Assembly (NCBI GenBank): GCA_030264375.1
Contig: JASCQW010000137.1
Coordinates: forward strand, 25,126,848 to 25,190,847
Length of the DNA stretch: 64,000 nt
Direction: 5' to 3'
DNA from: Carcharhinus longimanus
Taxonomy: Eukaryota
The notes under the pieces are model-generated. The model did no database searches. It was given only the letters and a program-made list of their open reading frames with translations, and had not been told where the DNA came from. Of the stretch, positions 48,893-61,400 are shown one piece after another; positions within the stretch are counted from its first letter, which is position 1, and every line of letters begins with the position of its first letter. Made by a program: the position numbers and the translations under genes.

Positions 48893-49199
48893 AACTGAAG
48901 AAGACTTAACCCAAAGGAAATTTATTGAAATCTTGCCCTGGCTGCCATGAAGGAGGGTTACTATTTGGGTACTTGGTTCAGCCTTCTCTAAGGAACAGAT
49001 AGGCATACTTCTCCTGAACAGCATGGTGAGCAGTTCAACCCACCATAAAATGTGACTCTAGTCTCAGCTAATTCCTGACAATAGTATGTCACTCACCATA
49101 GCTGAAAGTTTGTTCCAAAAAGCCATGGGCAAGCCAACAATGGTGTCAAGCTTCTTGAGTGTTGTTGAGGCTGCATTCATGGTTCACGAACAATCTCTC

Positions 49200-49410
49200 T
49201 CTTGTAGAATTCATTACCACAGGAAGTAGTTGATGCCAATGTATTCTAGAGGTGGCTGGATACAGCACTTGGGGCAAATGGGATCAAAGGCTATGGGGAG
49301 AAAGCAATATGAGGCTATTGAGTTGGATGATCAGCCATGATTATGATGAATGGTGGAGCAGGCTCGAAAAGCCAAATGACCTCCTCCTGCTCTAATCTTC
49401 TATGTTTCTT
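49200..49410 (+). mobile_element. CR1 3' end
   Basis: GATCAGCCATGAT...GGAGCAGGCTCGAAAAGCCAAATGACCTCCTCCTGCTC tail. Confidence 0.8.
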
Positions 49411-49745
49411 TAAACTAAGGCAACAGCAAAGCCTGGCTGTTCAATATCTGCTCTACTCTTTACTGTAGATAGGTAACTTAAAAATAATCAGTTGATCCAA
49501 CAAATACTAAAAATACATGACCAGCAGTTTTACAACTGAACAGCATCACAATATTACAAGAAATTGCTCATTTCAGTCAAGCATTTTACATACACTGTCC
49601 ATTTCATTCTGGTGCCATCTATAGGAGATCTCTGGTGTCCAGAAACATTGATGCCATCAAGCAAGCTGAGCAGTCAATCAGAGTGAACAATTGTACCAAA
49701 ACGTAAGCCAGGAAGGAAAACATTATCATTCATATTTTAATCACA

Positions 49746-50049
49746 GAAGTTTATTTACTTGTCATAAGTAAGCTTACTTAACACTCCACTGACGTTACTG
49801 TGAAAATCCCCTAGTCGCCACAATCCGGCACCTCTTCGAGTACACAGAGGGAGAAATTAGTATGGTCAATGCACCTAACCAGCACGTCTTTCAGACTGTG
49901 GGAGGAAACTGGAACACCCAGAGGAATTCCATGCAGATGTGGGGAAATCATGCAGACTCCGCATAGACAGTGACTCGAGCCAGGAATCGAACCCAGGTCG
50001 CTCGCATTGTGAAGCAAGCAGTGCTAACCACTGTGCTACTGTGCCACCC
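49746..50049 (-). mobile_element. V-SINE tail-B subfamily
   Basis: GTTACTGTGAAAATCCCCTAGTCGCCAC tail and head. Confidence 0.88.
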
Positions 50050-50475
50050 GAAGTGAAACATTGATAGATGTGGTACTAAGATGGGAGCTGGAATATCATA
50101 AACGAGGTTTAATTTTTAAATTATTATTTAAAACATCTGTGGAATTTGTGTCATGGAAGGAAACTTTCACTCCGAACTTCTAAAATAGCTTTTCAGGGTC
50201 AGGGAGATTGTTCAGCAGTGATTATGACTTAGTTTGCCATTATAAATTCAGTTACACTTCAATCACCAAGGCTTAACCTTTCCAATGATTTTTACTGTGA
50301 ATAGTATGTAAAACATTGAAGTGTGCACATCAAATTGCTGATCCTACTTTGGCTGCATCCGTACCTTCTGTGAAGTAACAGTATAACCAACAGCAATTTC
50401 TAGATTTGTCTTCAACTGCACATGTTCAGATGCTAGAAATTGCTCTCGGTTTTACACACAGTAATGGCAACAAAA

Positions 50476-50794
50476 GGGCGGCACGATGGCACTGTGGTTA
50501 GCACTGCTGCCTCACAGCTCCAGGGATGAAGGTTCAATTCCAGCTTCAGTCATTGTCTGTGTGGAGTTTGCACTTTCTCCCGGTGTCTGCGTGGGCTTCC
50601 TCCGGGTGCTCCAGTTTCTTCCAACAGTCCATAGATTTGCGGGTTAGGTTGACTGGCCCTGCTAAATTGACCCTAGTGTCTAAGGGATTAGCAGGGTAAA
50701 TGTGTGGGGTTACAGGAATAGGGTCAAGGTGGGAAGGTAGTCAGTACAGACTTAGTGGGCCAAATGGCCTCCTTCTGTGCTGTAGGGATTCTAT
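50476..50794 (+). mobile_element. HE1 SINE
   Basis: GGGCGGCACGATGGCACTGTGGTTAGC head to GTAGGGATTCTAT tail. Confidence 0.92.
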
Positions 50795-51053
50795 TTAAAA
50801 AAAACATGATAGTTTAGCAATCAATACAACTGCAAATTCTGGGTTAGTGTATGAATATTTGTGGAATGGACTCCGGGACTACGTTAGCAATCCAATAAGA
50901 AAAAAAGTGTGAAAACCACTATTTTCAGAGACAGACAGCGAAGGACAACTTAGGACACAATTGTATTGTGATCTTTCTACAGTGCACTACTGATTTTATT
51001 TACTGGTTTAGTTTTGCATCATAATTCAGAAATAAAATGTTGCCATGGTCAAA

Positions 51054-51368
51054 AGGGAGGCAGTGGTGTAGTTGTATTGTCACTGGACTAGTAACCAGGG
51101 ACTCCAGGCCATGCGCTGGGGATCCAAGTTTGAATCTCACCATGGCAGATGGTGAAATTTGAATTCAGTCAAATCTAATGATGACCATGAAACCATTGTC
51201 AATTGTTGTAAAAACCCATCTGGTTCACTAATATCTTTTTGGGAAGGAAATCGATCTTACCTGGTCTGGCCTGCATGTGACTCCAAACCCATAGCAATGA
51301 TCTCAGGGATGGACAATAAATATTGGCCCAGCCAACAATGCCTACAGCTCATGAACAATTTTAAAAAA
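51054..51368 (+). mobile_element. SINE family C
   Basis: GGGAGGCAGTGGTGTAGTTGTATTGTCACTGGACTAGTAA head; AAAAACCCATCTGGTTCACTAAT core; poly-A. Confidence 0.82.
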
Positions 51369-51774
51369 ATGCTCAATATAAAGTTTCTGCAAATATCATT
51401 GCTGGGCAATAGAGAGCACTGAACAAAAGCAACAGCAGTCAATTTACAACAAGGAAGATTCTATCTTAAAGTTTAGAATACTATCTTGTAGTCACTAGCT
51501 CACTAACAATTCTTACCACATCCAGGTCATTGCACAGTAAATTGTAAGAATCTTGTGGCCTCTCTGACCACACCATTGTTATTTGATAAGTGTGGGAATT
51601 CAGACTAGGTCAGAATAACTTCAAGCAGAATTCAATTACAGCAATTCCTTTACTCCCAGTTTAACAGGATAGCACTTTAAATAAGCCAAAGTAATAAAGA
51701 ATTGGCAGTGTGCTATCTATAGCATAACTTCATTTCAACTCTTTGAGACAATGGGAAAAACATAATGAATGAAA

Positions 51775-52078
51775 ATGCACCTCGCCAGGCAGACTTTTGT
51801 CTATTTCCAAAGCTAGTAATTCCTGGAACAGGTCACTAGTCTGTCATCAGGGGCGTAAAGCTTGATGGCCACCACTCCATATCAAATGTGGCTGACGAGG
51901 AATCTTTCTCATTCTTACCAACAGCCACTGGCATATTTAAAAGAATTTGCAGGTTGACATTCAACCTATTTGACCGCATTATGAACACATCTTCCTTGGC
52001 CATCAAGTTCTGGGGTGGGACTCGACCCCAAAGCTTCCGGCTTAGAGGCAGAGACGCTCCCACTGTTCGACAAGACCT
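51775..52078 (-). mobile_element. tRNA-derived SINE family D
   Basis: Minus head AGGTCTTGTCGAACAGTGGGAGCGTCTCTGCCTCTAAGCCGGAAGCTTTGGGGTCGAGTCCCAC (B-box-like); tail shared with 24416-24550. Confidence 0.72.
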
Positions 52079-52113
52079 ATATGAAAAAGATATTCCCCTC
52101 AAATTCGTTATTT

Positions 52114-52868
52114 TGGCCAGATTCCGTTGGAAGCATTAGACTCATGGACTGTTTCTGATAAAATAGTATATATGGGAGACTCAGGCAGGGGCTGCTTTGT
52201 GGGCGCCCCGCTAGGCGCCAAAGCCTACACAAGTTTTTGGTAGCTGGATTTCTGACGCTGTGCGCCCCCCGCCAGGAATTGGTGTGGAACTGCATAAATT
52301 ATTCAAATCCTACTTTAATTATCTTTCACATATAATTAGTGGGTCTGGGATGGAAGTCTCCGGGCCCGCTACCCTCGCCTGCCAGGCGTATTTCACTCCA
52401 ACAGAATTTACAATAGTTCCTCACCAGCGGGGAGCTGGCAGCCCAATCCCACTGGAGTGAAGAGAGGCCATGGGACCTCTCCAGTCAGGGTTGAGGGGGG
52501 GTACCCCTGGGCATTGCCAGTTTGGCAGCGCCAGCCTGACCCTCCTGGCACTGCCCAAGGGGCAATGGCCAGGGGGAACCTTGGCACTGCCCACCGGGCA
52601 TTGGACGGTGTCAAGGGGGTGAGAGGGTTGCATGGCCAGTGATGTAGGGTCAGGGGGCTGGCCAATGATCAGAAAGCTAGCAGTGAGGGGCTACTGCGCA
52701 ACACTGATCTCAGCGTCGACAGATCAGCGCATATGCAATGGCCTGCTCAGTGCTATGCTGCCGGGTCTCCAGTGGGAATAAGCCCCACACACTGAACTGT
52801 GCATAAATCACACTAGTATACTTTGCAGTGCCCAGAGTGTGGGAGATTCATTTTGAAACTCTTGCTGA
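52114..52868. mobile_element. GC-rich non-autonomous DNA element, probably Harbinger-related
   Basis: GGCCAGATTCC start; repeated GGCACTGCC/GGCATTGCC motifs also seen at ~42410-42480. Confidence 0.4.
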
Positions 52869-53067
52869 NNNNNNNNNNNNNNNNNNNNNNNNNNNNNNNN
52901 NNNNNNNNNNNNNNNNNNNNNNNNNNNNNNNNNNNNNNNNNNNNNNNNNNNNNNNNNNNNNNNNNNNNNNNNNNNNNNNNNNNNNNNNNNNNNNNNNNNN
53001 NNNNNNNNNNNNNNNNNNNNNNNNNNNNNNNNNNNNNNNNNNNNNNNNNNNNNNNNNNNNNNNNNNN

Positions 53068-53350
53068 CAGTGGTTAGCACTGCTGCCTCACAGCGCCAGG
53101 GACCCAGGTTCGATTCCTGGCTTGGGTCACTGTCTGTGTGGAGTCTGCCCATTCTCCCTGTGTCTGCATTGGTTTCCTCTGGGTGCTCTGATTTCCTCCC
53201 AGTCCGAAAGACATGCTGGTTAGGTGCATTTTCCATCCTAAATTCTCCCTCAGGCACTGGAGTTTGGTGACTAGGGGATTTTCACAGTAACTTCATTGCA
53301 GTGTTAATGTAAGCCTACTTGTGACACTTATAAATAAACTTCACTTTATT
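53068..53350 (+). mobile_element. V-SINE tail-B subfamily
   Basis: Clean tail GGGGATTTTCACAGTAACTTCATTGCAGTGTTAATGTAAGCCTACTTGTGACACTTATAAATAAACTT. Confidence 0.92.
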
Positions 53351-53800
53351 TGAACCAAGACCATTGCATCTTATTTTGTAACTTTAAATTTAATGAAATC
53401 GTCACAGCAGAAATGACATTGAAGTGACCAATCTACCATTAAACTGTGGAATGACTTCCAAGCACAAGTGACCAATAGTGTCATCTCATCACTCATTTAG
53501 GAATGACAGTTTATTGAAGGAATTGTGTCATTCCAGAGGCTTTTGGTAACAATTACCCAGCTTGCTCTGTACTGCAAACAAGCTGGCTCTTAAAATGAGT
53601 TGTGCTGTGCATTGAAGTATCTTATGGATGTTCGTGCCTCGAGAGCAGCAGGAGGTGGTTCACGTTGCAATGCTGTCCGCATCTCGTGCAAAGACCAGAC
53701 AGCACTTTAGCAGACCACCTCCCTTATTGTTAAATCAGCCACTTGCCAACTTCCCACAACATTTTGAAAGACATTGGGGCTTTTTAATTGTTGGATATAA

Positions 53801-54142
53801 TGGGGCGGCACAGTGGTACTGTGGTTAGCACTGCTGCCTCTCGGCGCCAAGGACCCAGGATTGATTCCCGGCTTGAGTAACTGTCTGTGTGGAGTCTGCA
53901 CATTCTCCCCGTGTCTGCGTGGGTTTCCTCTGGGTGCCCCGGTTTCCTCCCACAGTCCAAAGATGTGCAGGATAGATTGATTGGTCACAATAAATTGCTC
54001 CTTAGTGTCCTGGGATGCGTAGGTTAGAGGGATTAGTGGGGTAAATAGGTGGGGTTACAGGGATAGGGCCTAGGTGGGATTGTTGTCAGTGCAGAGTGGA
54101 TGGGCCGAATGGCCTTATTCTGCATTGTAGGGATTCTATGAT
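53801..54142 (+). mobile_element. HE1 SINE, full length
   Basis: Head, V core, GGGCCGAATGGCC...GGGATTCTATGA tail. Confidence 0.93.
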
Positions 54143-55235
54143 AGAGTGAGACATACTCTGAATAAATTCATGGTGTGCAAAATATGAATCTTTTGTAATT
54201 CTTCCATATCAGTGACTACTAGGCATTCTAAAGAAATCTGCAGAGGAGAAGTCAGTCACCCGAAACAGGTGCAGTCAAAGTGTTGGCTTGTTAATGGAAA
54301 CTCCCTGCACGGAAAAAAAATCTTTATCCAATCATTTCTGTTAAGAAAATAACACTGCAAACCAACATAATGGGACACTTTTAAAATAAATGTGAACAGA
54401 TTCCAACTGGCAATAAGGTGTTCAGTTAAATGGCCAAGAATTGTGGTCATTACAGTCTGGCTGGGTAATAGAAGCAGGATTAAAAATGATAGCACAACCT
54501 TTGGTGTCTGGCAGACTCTTATGTGCTGGGAGAATCACATAGAGCAGGACAATACTTCCCTTTCCAGATTTTTCTAGTGAATGGAAATCTAATTATGCAC
54601 AAGGGCAGAGTTCAGATTTCTGGAATATTCTGAATGCCATAAAGCACAACGATTGAGCTTTTACGCCAGAAATGCTTGACTGATGTTGACTAACATTTGG
54701 TGTGCTTAAAGCAAACACTTAAGTACTCTTACTGAGACAACAGGTGGAAGGAAAAGACAGGCTTGGTTTATCGAATAGGAATGGCATGGGCTTTCGGACA
54801 TTTTACCTGCTCCTAATGACTTCTGAAAAACGTAATCAAGCTGTCAGACTGGTTACACACTTGTTTAACTCTTAAGTGTGATATGAATGAATGGGAAACA
54901 AACCAACACTGAGCAAACATTTACTAAATAAAAAATTACGATCAATGAATCACAGCCGACTGATTTGCCGTCGAACACTGTGGCTTTTCCAATTATATCA
55001 GCAGAGGCTATTTCAGGAATCTACTATATTTTGAGGCTATAATGTCATATTTAGTTCAATACTGACTGTAGAAACAACACATCACTCAACGGATTGACTT
55101 TGAGTGATTGAGACAGAGATAAATAAAGAAATGGACCTAAGTAAAGAATCCTACAGATAGATTTAAATGGGTGAAAAGCAAGGCAGGCAAATGGAATAGC
55201 TTGTACACCAGACAATTATTTATTAGTCATATAAT

Positions 55236-55535
55236 AGGGGCGACACGGCTCGCAGTATCAGGGACCTGGGTTCGATTCCCGGCTTGAGTCACTGTGTGGA
55301 GTTTGCACATTCTCCCTGTGTCTGCATGGGTTTCTTCTGGGTGCTCCGGTTTCCTCCCACAGTCCAAAGATGTGCGGGTTAGGTGGATTGATCATGCTAA
55401 ATTGCCCCTTAGTGTCAGGGGGATTAGCTAGAGTAACTGCATGGGGTTATGGGGATAGGGTCTGGGTGGGACTGTGGTCAGTGTGGACTCGATGGGCTGA
55501 ATGGCCTCCTTCTGCACTGTAGGGATTCTATGATT
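55236..55535 (+). mobile_element. HE1 SINE with short head deletion
   Basis: B-box GGTTCGATTCCC, core and tail intact. Confidence 0.9.
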
Positions 55536-55944
55536 ATATTCTGATTGTTAGTCCTATTTTTTAAGGCCTAAAATTGGACTCTGATGTCCTAAATACAGTT
55601 ATTTTTGAAGGGAAATTATTTGACACAAAGTTCCAGAGGAACAGACTTTCTCTCATACTGGATTGCAGTCAGGACTCTAGAAGATTAGATATGTCTTCCA
55701 TATCTGACAGGTTTTTTTTGTTGTTGGGAATCAGAATGTGGGTTGCTTTACTGAACAAATTATAATCCTTTCCTGCGGTCAGCCTCTGGGGCTGATTTTA
55801 GGCTGAAATAAATGATTGACCCGATTTCACCTGCACTAACCAGTAATTCAGTGGATCGCAAGTATTGAGTATTTTGCAAAAGGATAAAAGAATCAGTTGA
55901 AATAAATGCAACTGAATGCTGACCAGCGTTCCATATAAGAATAC

Positions 55945-56228
55945 AATATTGAATTTGAGTTCAATAAAAAATACCTAGAATTAAGAACCTACTGATGACC
56001 ATGAAACTGTTGTCGATTGTCAGAAAAACCCATCTGGTTCACTAATGTCCTTCAGAGAAAGAAATCTGCCGTCCTTATGTGAGCTGGCCTGCATGTTACT
56101 CCAGAGCCACAGCAATGTGGTCAACTCTCAACTGACCTATGAAATGGCCTAGCCAAAGGCAATTAGGATGGGCAATAAATGCTGGCCAGCCAGCGACGCT
56201 CATGTCCCATGAATGAATTAAAAAAAAC
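55945..56228 (+). mobile_element. SINE family C, 5'-truncated
   Basis: GATGACCATGAAACTGTTGTCGATTGTCAGAAAAACCCATCTGGTTCACTAATGTCC core; tail and poly-A. Confidence 0.85.
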
Positions 56229-57049
56229 ACCATTGCTTTCAATTTGAAGACCAGTAGGTCTAATCAAGATTAGTTGACTATTTAAGCTGGAGTCCAGCTT
56301 TTAGGGATGTTGGATATTGCAATTAGCGCCTGTAAAATTATTCTTGCTCATCACCCTTTCTTATGGGATGGTTGCAATCCAACTTGATGGTTCCTGAACT
56401 GCTTTCTTGATTTCCTTGCTCTTCTCGAATTATACTGTCAACTATGCTCTCCATCTATACAAATATTCCACATTCTGTGGTGTCCATTTTTGTTGTCCGT
56501 ACGTATTATTGACACCAAGGCAGTGGGCAATTTTTGGAAACACAAGCAGTTCGTACAAGAACAACAAACTGCAAGGTTAGTAAAGGTCACATTGAAAGGG
56601 AACATAATAGTGTGAAAAAAGACTTTCACATGTGCTTACATTCTGTGTTGGACCTGCATTTAATGCAGAAGTGAAAATGAGGTGGATATGGTGTCGCGAT
56701 AAGTGTTTTAAAACACGGTACCGTGACCCAATACTTTCTCAGCTCATGAACATGCTGAAAAATTAGTTTTTAGGTTTCATTCCTCTTGTATACCACTGCA
56801 TACTCAACTCCAGCCCTGATTCAGGATTCAATTGTTGTGTACCACAGTTCTATACTACAAACAAATGCTGAGATGAATGTGAATCGCTTGACAGCATAGC
56901 AGTTTGTATCAGGAATGAAATGTAACACTCCAGTAACCAGTCACTTATGGAAGGGACTCAGATTTATTTTCTTCAAAATGGAGTTTCGTTTCTCTGCTTT
57001 ACACCATAAAGAAAAAGGCTGTTTAAAACGGCAATGATTCAAGCTAAGA

Positions 57050-58340
57050 CAATAAGTCCAAGGAAAGACCAACAAAGCACCAGCAAAACTGGAGTCAATG
57101 GGAATCAGGTGGAAACTCTCCTGGGTTTGCCATCATACTCGGCCCAAAGTAAAATGTTTGTTGGAGGTCAATCCTCTTAGGTTTGGGACATCACTGCAGA
57201 ACTTCTTTGGGGTGGTATCCTAGGCCCAATCATCTTCAACTGCTTCATCAGTGACCATCTCTCCATCACAGGGTCAGGAATTGGCATGTTTACTGATGGT
57301 AGAACAATGTTCAGCACCACTTGCAACTCCTCAGACACTGAAGCAGTCTATATCTATATGCAGCAAGACCACCGCAATGTTCAGGTTTGGGCTGATAAGT
57401 GACAAATAACATTTGCACCATACAAGTGGCAGCAATGACCATCTCCAACAAAAGTGACTCTAACCATCTCCCCTTGACATTCAGCGACATTACAATGCCT
57501 GAATCCCCCACTATCAACATCCTAGGGTTGTCATTAATCAGAAACTGAACTGGACAAGCCATATAAATACTGTGGCTACCAGAGTATGCCAAAGGCTAGG
57601 AATCCTGTGGCAATTAACTCACCTGCCGACTCCCCAAAGGCTGTCCACCATTTACAAGACACAAGTCAGGAGTGTGATGGAATACTCTCCACTTGCCTGA
57701 ATGAATGCAGCTCCAACAATATTCAAGAAGCTTGACACTATCCAGGATGCAGCAGCCTGCTTGACCAGCACCCTCTTCACCACTTTAAACATTCACTACC
57801 TCCACCACAAATGCACAGTNNNNNNNNNNNNNNNNNNNNNNNNNNNNNNNNNNNNNNNNNNNNNNNNNNNNNNNNNNNNNNNNNNNNNNNNNNNNNNNNN
57901 NNNNNNNNNNNNNNNNNNNCAGCCTGCTTGACCAGCACCCTCTTCACCACTTTAAACATTCACTCCCTCCACCACAAATGCACAGTGGCAGTGTGTACCA
58001 TCTACAAGATACACTGCAGGGACTCTCCAGCACTCCTTAGAGAGCATCTTCTACACCCACAACTGTTACGATCTAGAAGGACAAAAGCAGCAGACACATG
58101 GGAACACCACTTCCTGAAGTTTCTCTCCAAACCACACACCATCCTGACTTGGAAATATATTGGCCTCCCTTCCCTGTTGCTGGATGGAAATCTTGGAACT
58201 CCCTCCCAAACAGCACAGTAGGTGTACCTACATCACATGGATTGCAGTAGTTCATGCTCACCATCAGCTTCTCAAGGGCACTTAGAGATGGACAAAAAAT
58301 GCTAGTTTAGCCAGTGATGCCCACATCTCAAAATTATTAT
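57050..58340 (+). mobile_element. CR1/L2-group (Zenon-like) LINE 3' 1.3 kb
   Basis: GILGPIIFNCFISD...GMFTDG; INILGL..QKLNWTSHINTVA; LSTIYKTQVRSVMEYSPLA; NIHSLHHKCTVAVCTIYKIHC. Confidence 0.88.
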
Positions 58341-58450
58341 TTTTTAAACTCATTCATGGGACATGGGTGTCACTGGCAGGCCAGCATTAATTGCCCATCC
58401 CTAGTTGCCCTTCTTTAGGGGGCAGTTGGGAGTCAATCACATTGCTGTTT
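58340..58450 (-). mobile_element. SINE family C tail, tail-to-tail with the LINE
   Basis: CATTCATGGGACATGGGTGTCACTGGCAGGCCAGCATTAATTGCCCATCCC. Confidence 0.78.
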
Positions 58451-61400
58451 CCATTGGTCAGGCCTGGCTTAAGAAATGTAAATGGCTGACCAACGGAGAC
58501 AGCCAGTCTGTTCGTACAAAGCAGCCTGAAGCCCCTGTTAAAAGTCCTAATGATTGAAACATTAACAATATCCCGACTAAGGAAAATACATGCTTTGTCA
58601 AGGCCAAAGTGGAGAGATAGGAGTTAACTGACCCATTCAACAAGGGAGCTTGTAACTCCCTTCCTGCATTTTCTGTATGGAAAATAAACTAGCTCACTAA
58701 GTTTATCCTATCTCATGTTTGAACAGTAAATATAGGCATTAATGTGCTAATAAGGGTAATATTAGATATGACCACTAGGTGAAACAAAGAGTGAGAGTGT
58801 TTTTGTATTAATAACTGCTGTTCAATAAAGTTGTTTGAAGTGGAAGACATGATTGAAGAACCCTAAAACAGATTGAATATTCTTTAAGTACACTCTTGCC
58901 TCATAATCACACACACAGTGCAGGGCGCAAGAATGGACAATTTATAAAAGTATAACGATAATTTACTTTAAAAAAAAATCCGACACTTTAGAAGTAAATA
59001 GGTCCTTCCATTTCGGAAATTACGGCATTTCTTCTTTGAGAAATAGAAAATAAATACAGTCATATCTGTAAAGATCTACAGTGGCATTGAAGCAGATGGA
59101 CATTCTAATGCTTTGCCCCTCAGGAAGTACAGGCACTTTTCTCGCAGTTCCTGTACCAGACCCTTGCTAGTAATCATCTCCACTGATGTTATGCATTGTT
59201 CCAACCCGATTCTAACTGAGGACAACAGCATTAAAACTCCAGTTCTGTAAATAATCATTGTATGTAAATTGGACTGGGTTTGAAATTATTTTCAGTCTTT
59301 GTGAATATTTTTTGCCTCAGATATTACAGTAACAATCACGGCTCAAGTAGCTCAGTACTTGAATACTTGATCAAGTGCTTCATTTTTCCTTTTCTTTATA
59401 TTATTTTGTCACAATCAAGCATATTTTCATTTAATTTCGCTGTTATCAATCGTTGGATTGTCTATTTTTTGTTGTGGTGCTTACTTAACAAAAATATTTT
59501 CAGAGTCTTCTTGTCTTGCTAACATTTAAATCTAAAAAAAGGGACGTATCCGGCGATTTTCTAGTTGCTGCTGCTCTATCCAGACACATCCTCTGTGTAC
59601 TCTTTTAAAAGAAGTGGGTTAATGCCTCATTAAAATAGCACAGAGAGGAATTTTATACCAGCTAAGCATCCATGCAGGAACAACACTGGTCAGTAAACAT
59701 TTTGCTCAACATTAAATAGGCAAAATAAAGTTGCAAATCTTAGTTCCAAAAAGCAGTTTTCTTGCTTAAGTATTTTTCTACGCTGCACATACATAAAAAT
59801 ACACTGCTGGCATACAAACATTCTCCCTGATAATAGGGCAGGATGTTAAAATTTACACTCTACAAAATGGAACCCCTGATGTAAAAACAGATTTTCACAT
59901 GTTCTTAATATTCATGTTGATTTTAATTACGCGCATTAAAAGATCCAGGATAATTGGTTGCAATACTTGAAACAAACGAGCATTAGATGGCCCAAATTAA
60001 TATTAGGTAGGTCAGCATCTTAGAAAAACCATTATAATTAAATCTGACAAAATAACATGTCCTTTACAGTAGTCAAGGCTGGTATTAATATTCAATAAGG
60101 CTGTGTGAAATATATTTTGATAAAGCTTTCTGTGGATTCCACCTTCAGCAGAGACTGTTAAAAAAAACAGAAAGAAGCAAAGATGAAAATATGGAATCAG
60201 GGAGGATGAAAAAGGTGAACACATTTATTTTGAAATCCTTGTTAGATGCACTTTATTTTTCAAAGCATCTGTCAGAGTTTTCTAGTCATTTAGGCTGCTG
60301 TGTGTGGAGAATGCAACCTGTCTGACTGTGACAATCACAATGCGCTCACTTCGATCTCACACACTAATGAGTGTCAACTTGAAAAAGCCCATTGAAGGGG
60401 CAGAAAATTACTCTCCAAGAAGGAATTGACTGATTCACATCATTTCTTGAGGAACCAGTGACCTGTGAATATTTCATTACAGAAAATCGTGCTGTACATA
60501 TGAAAACAACTGCGACTGCTGTACCACAGTACTGAGACTGCAGGTAGTAAAGCCTATACAAAGATTCGCCAGCAAATCGCCAGACGCAGATAGTAAAACA
60601 TATGCACGGACTGACAGAAAAACAGCCAGGCAAAGGTTGCAGAGAATAAACTTAGCAGACGTATGTACAGATCGGTGCAGGCTGCGAACTATATTCACAG
60701 GTTGACTGGAGGACAGTCAAAATGTGGCCTGTATTACATACACACAGGTTGACAGGGTCCAGCTGTGCACAGCCTGTGACACACACACACACAAGTATGC
60801 AAAAAGGTTCCACACAAAAGACACTCTGGTAAATATGTCATACTGTGAACTGGTGGAAGTGTAAATTATTCATGACCAAGGACAGGAATTTTTCAGAATG
60901 TGGGTGGGGAGCAGCGGGAATTAGTGCTCAGGGACCTCAGCAGCACCACCAGGGAGATGGTCACTGCCATGGAAGGAAGGAGTATTGAAGCCTACGGGCG
61001 GTAGGCCAAAGATAATTAAAAACAATAAAATCACTGCGAATGGAGGGGAAACCCTTTGGAGTAAAACACTGGGGCCTGCAGGCCCCTGTGTGTGTCGAGA
61101 AACACTCCCCTCCTGGGCTCCATTTAACTGGCAACCTCGCCACCCCAGAAGGAAAGCAGAGTAAAAACTGGAGAGTCCTAATGGGACCCAATGGGGTCAA
61201 TATGCAAATGCCAACAGCCTGGTAAAATATCCCTTCATCAAATTACATAATCAAATTGGCTCCTTGTATTGGGGAGCCTGCCTACTCTCTCACCTATCAA
61301 TTAATTTCCCCTACAGCCAGACATGGTCAGGGATTCGATCCTCCACAGCTCTCCCCAATTTTACTAGGTTCTCCCCCTCCCACCTTGTTCCTGCACCACG

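Noticed and set aside
50393-50444. AGCAATTTCTAG/CTAGAAATTGCT hairpin as a pre-miRNA
   Set aside because: Stem is only about 12-17 bp with a large loop; probably an old palindromic DNA-transposon remnant.
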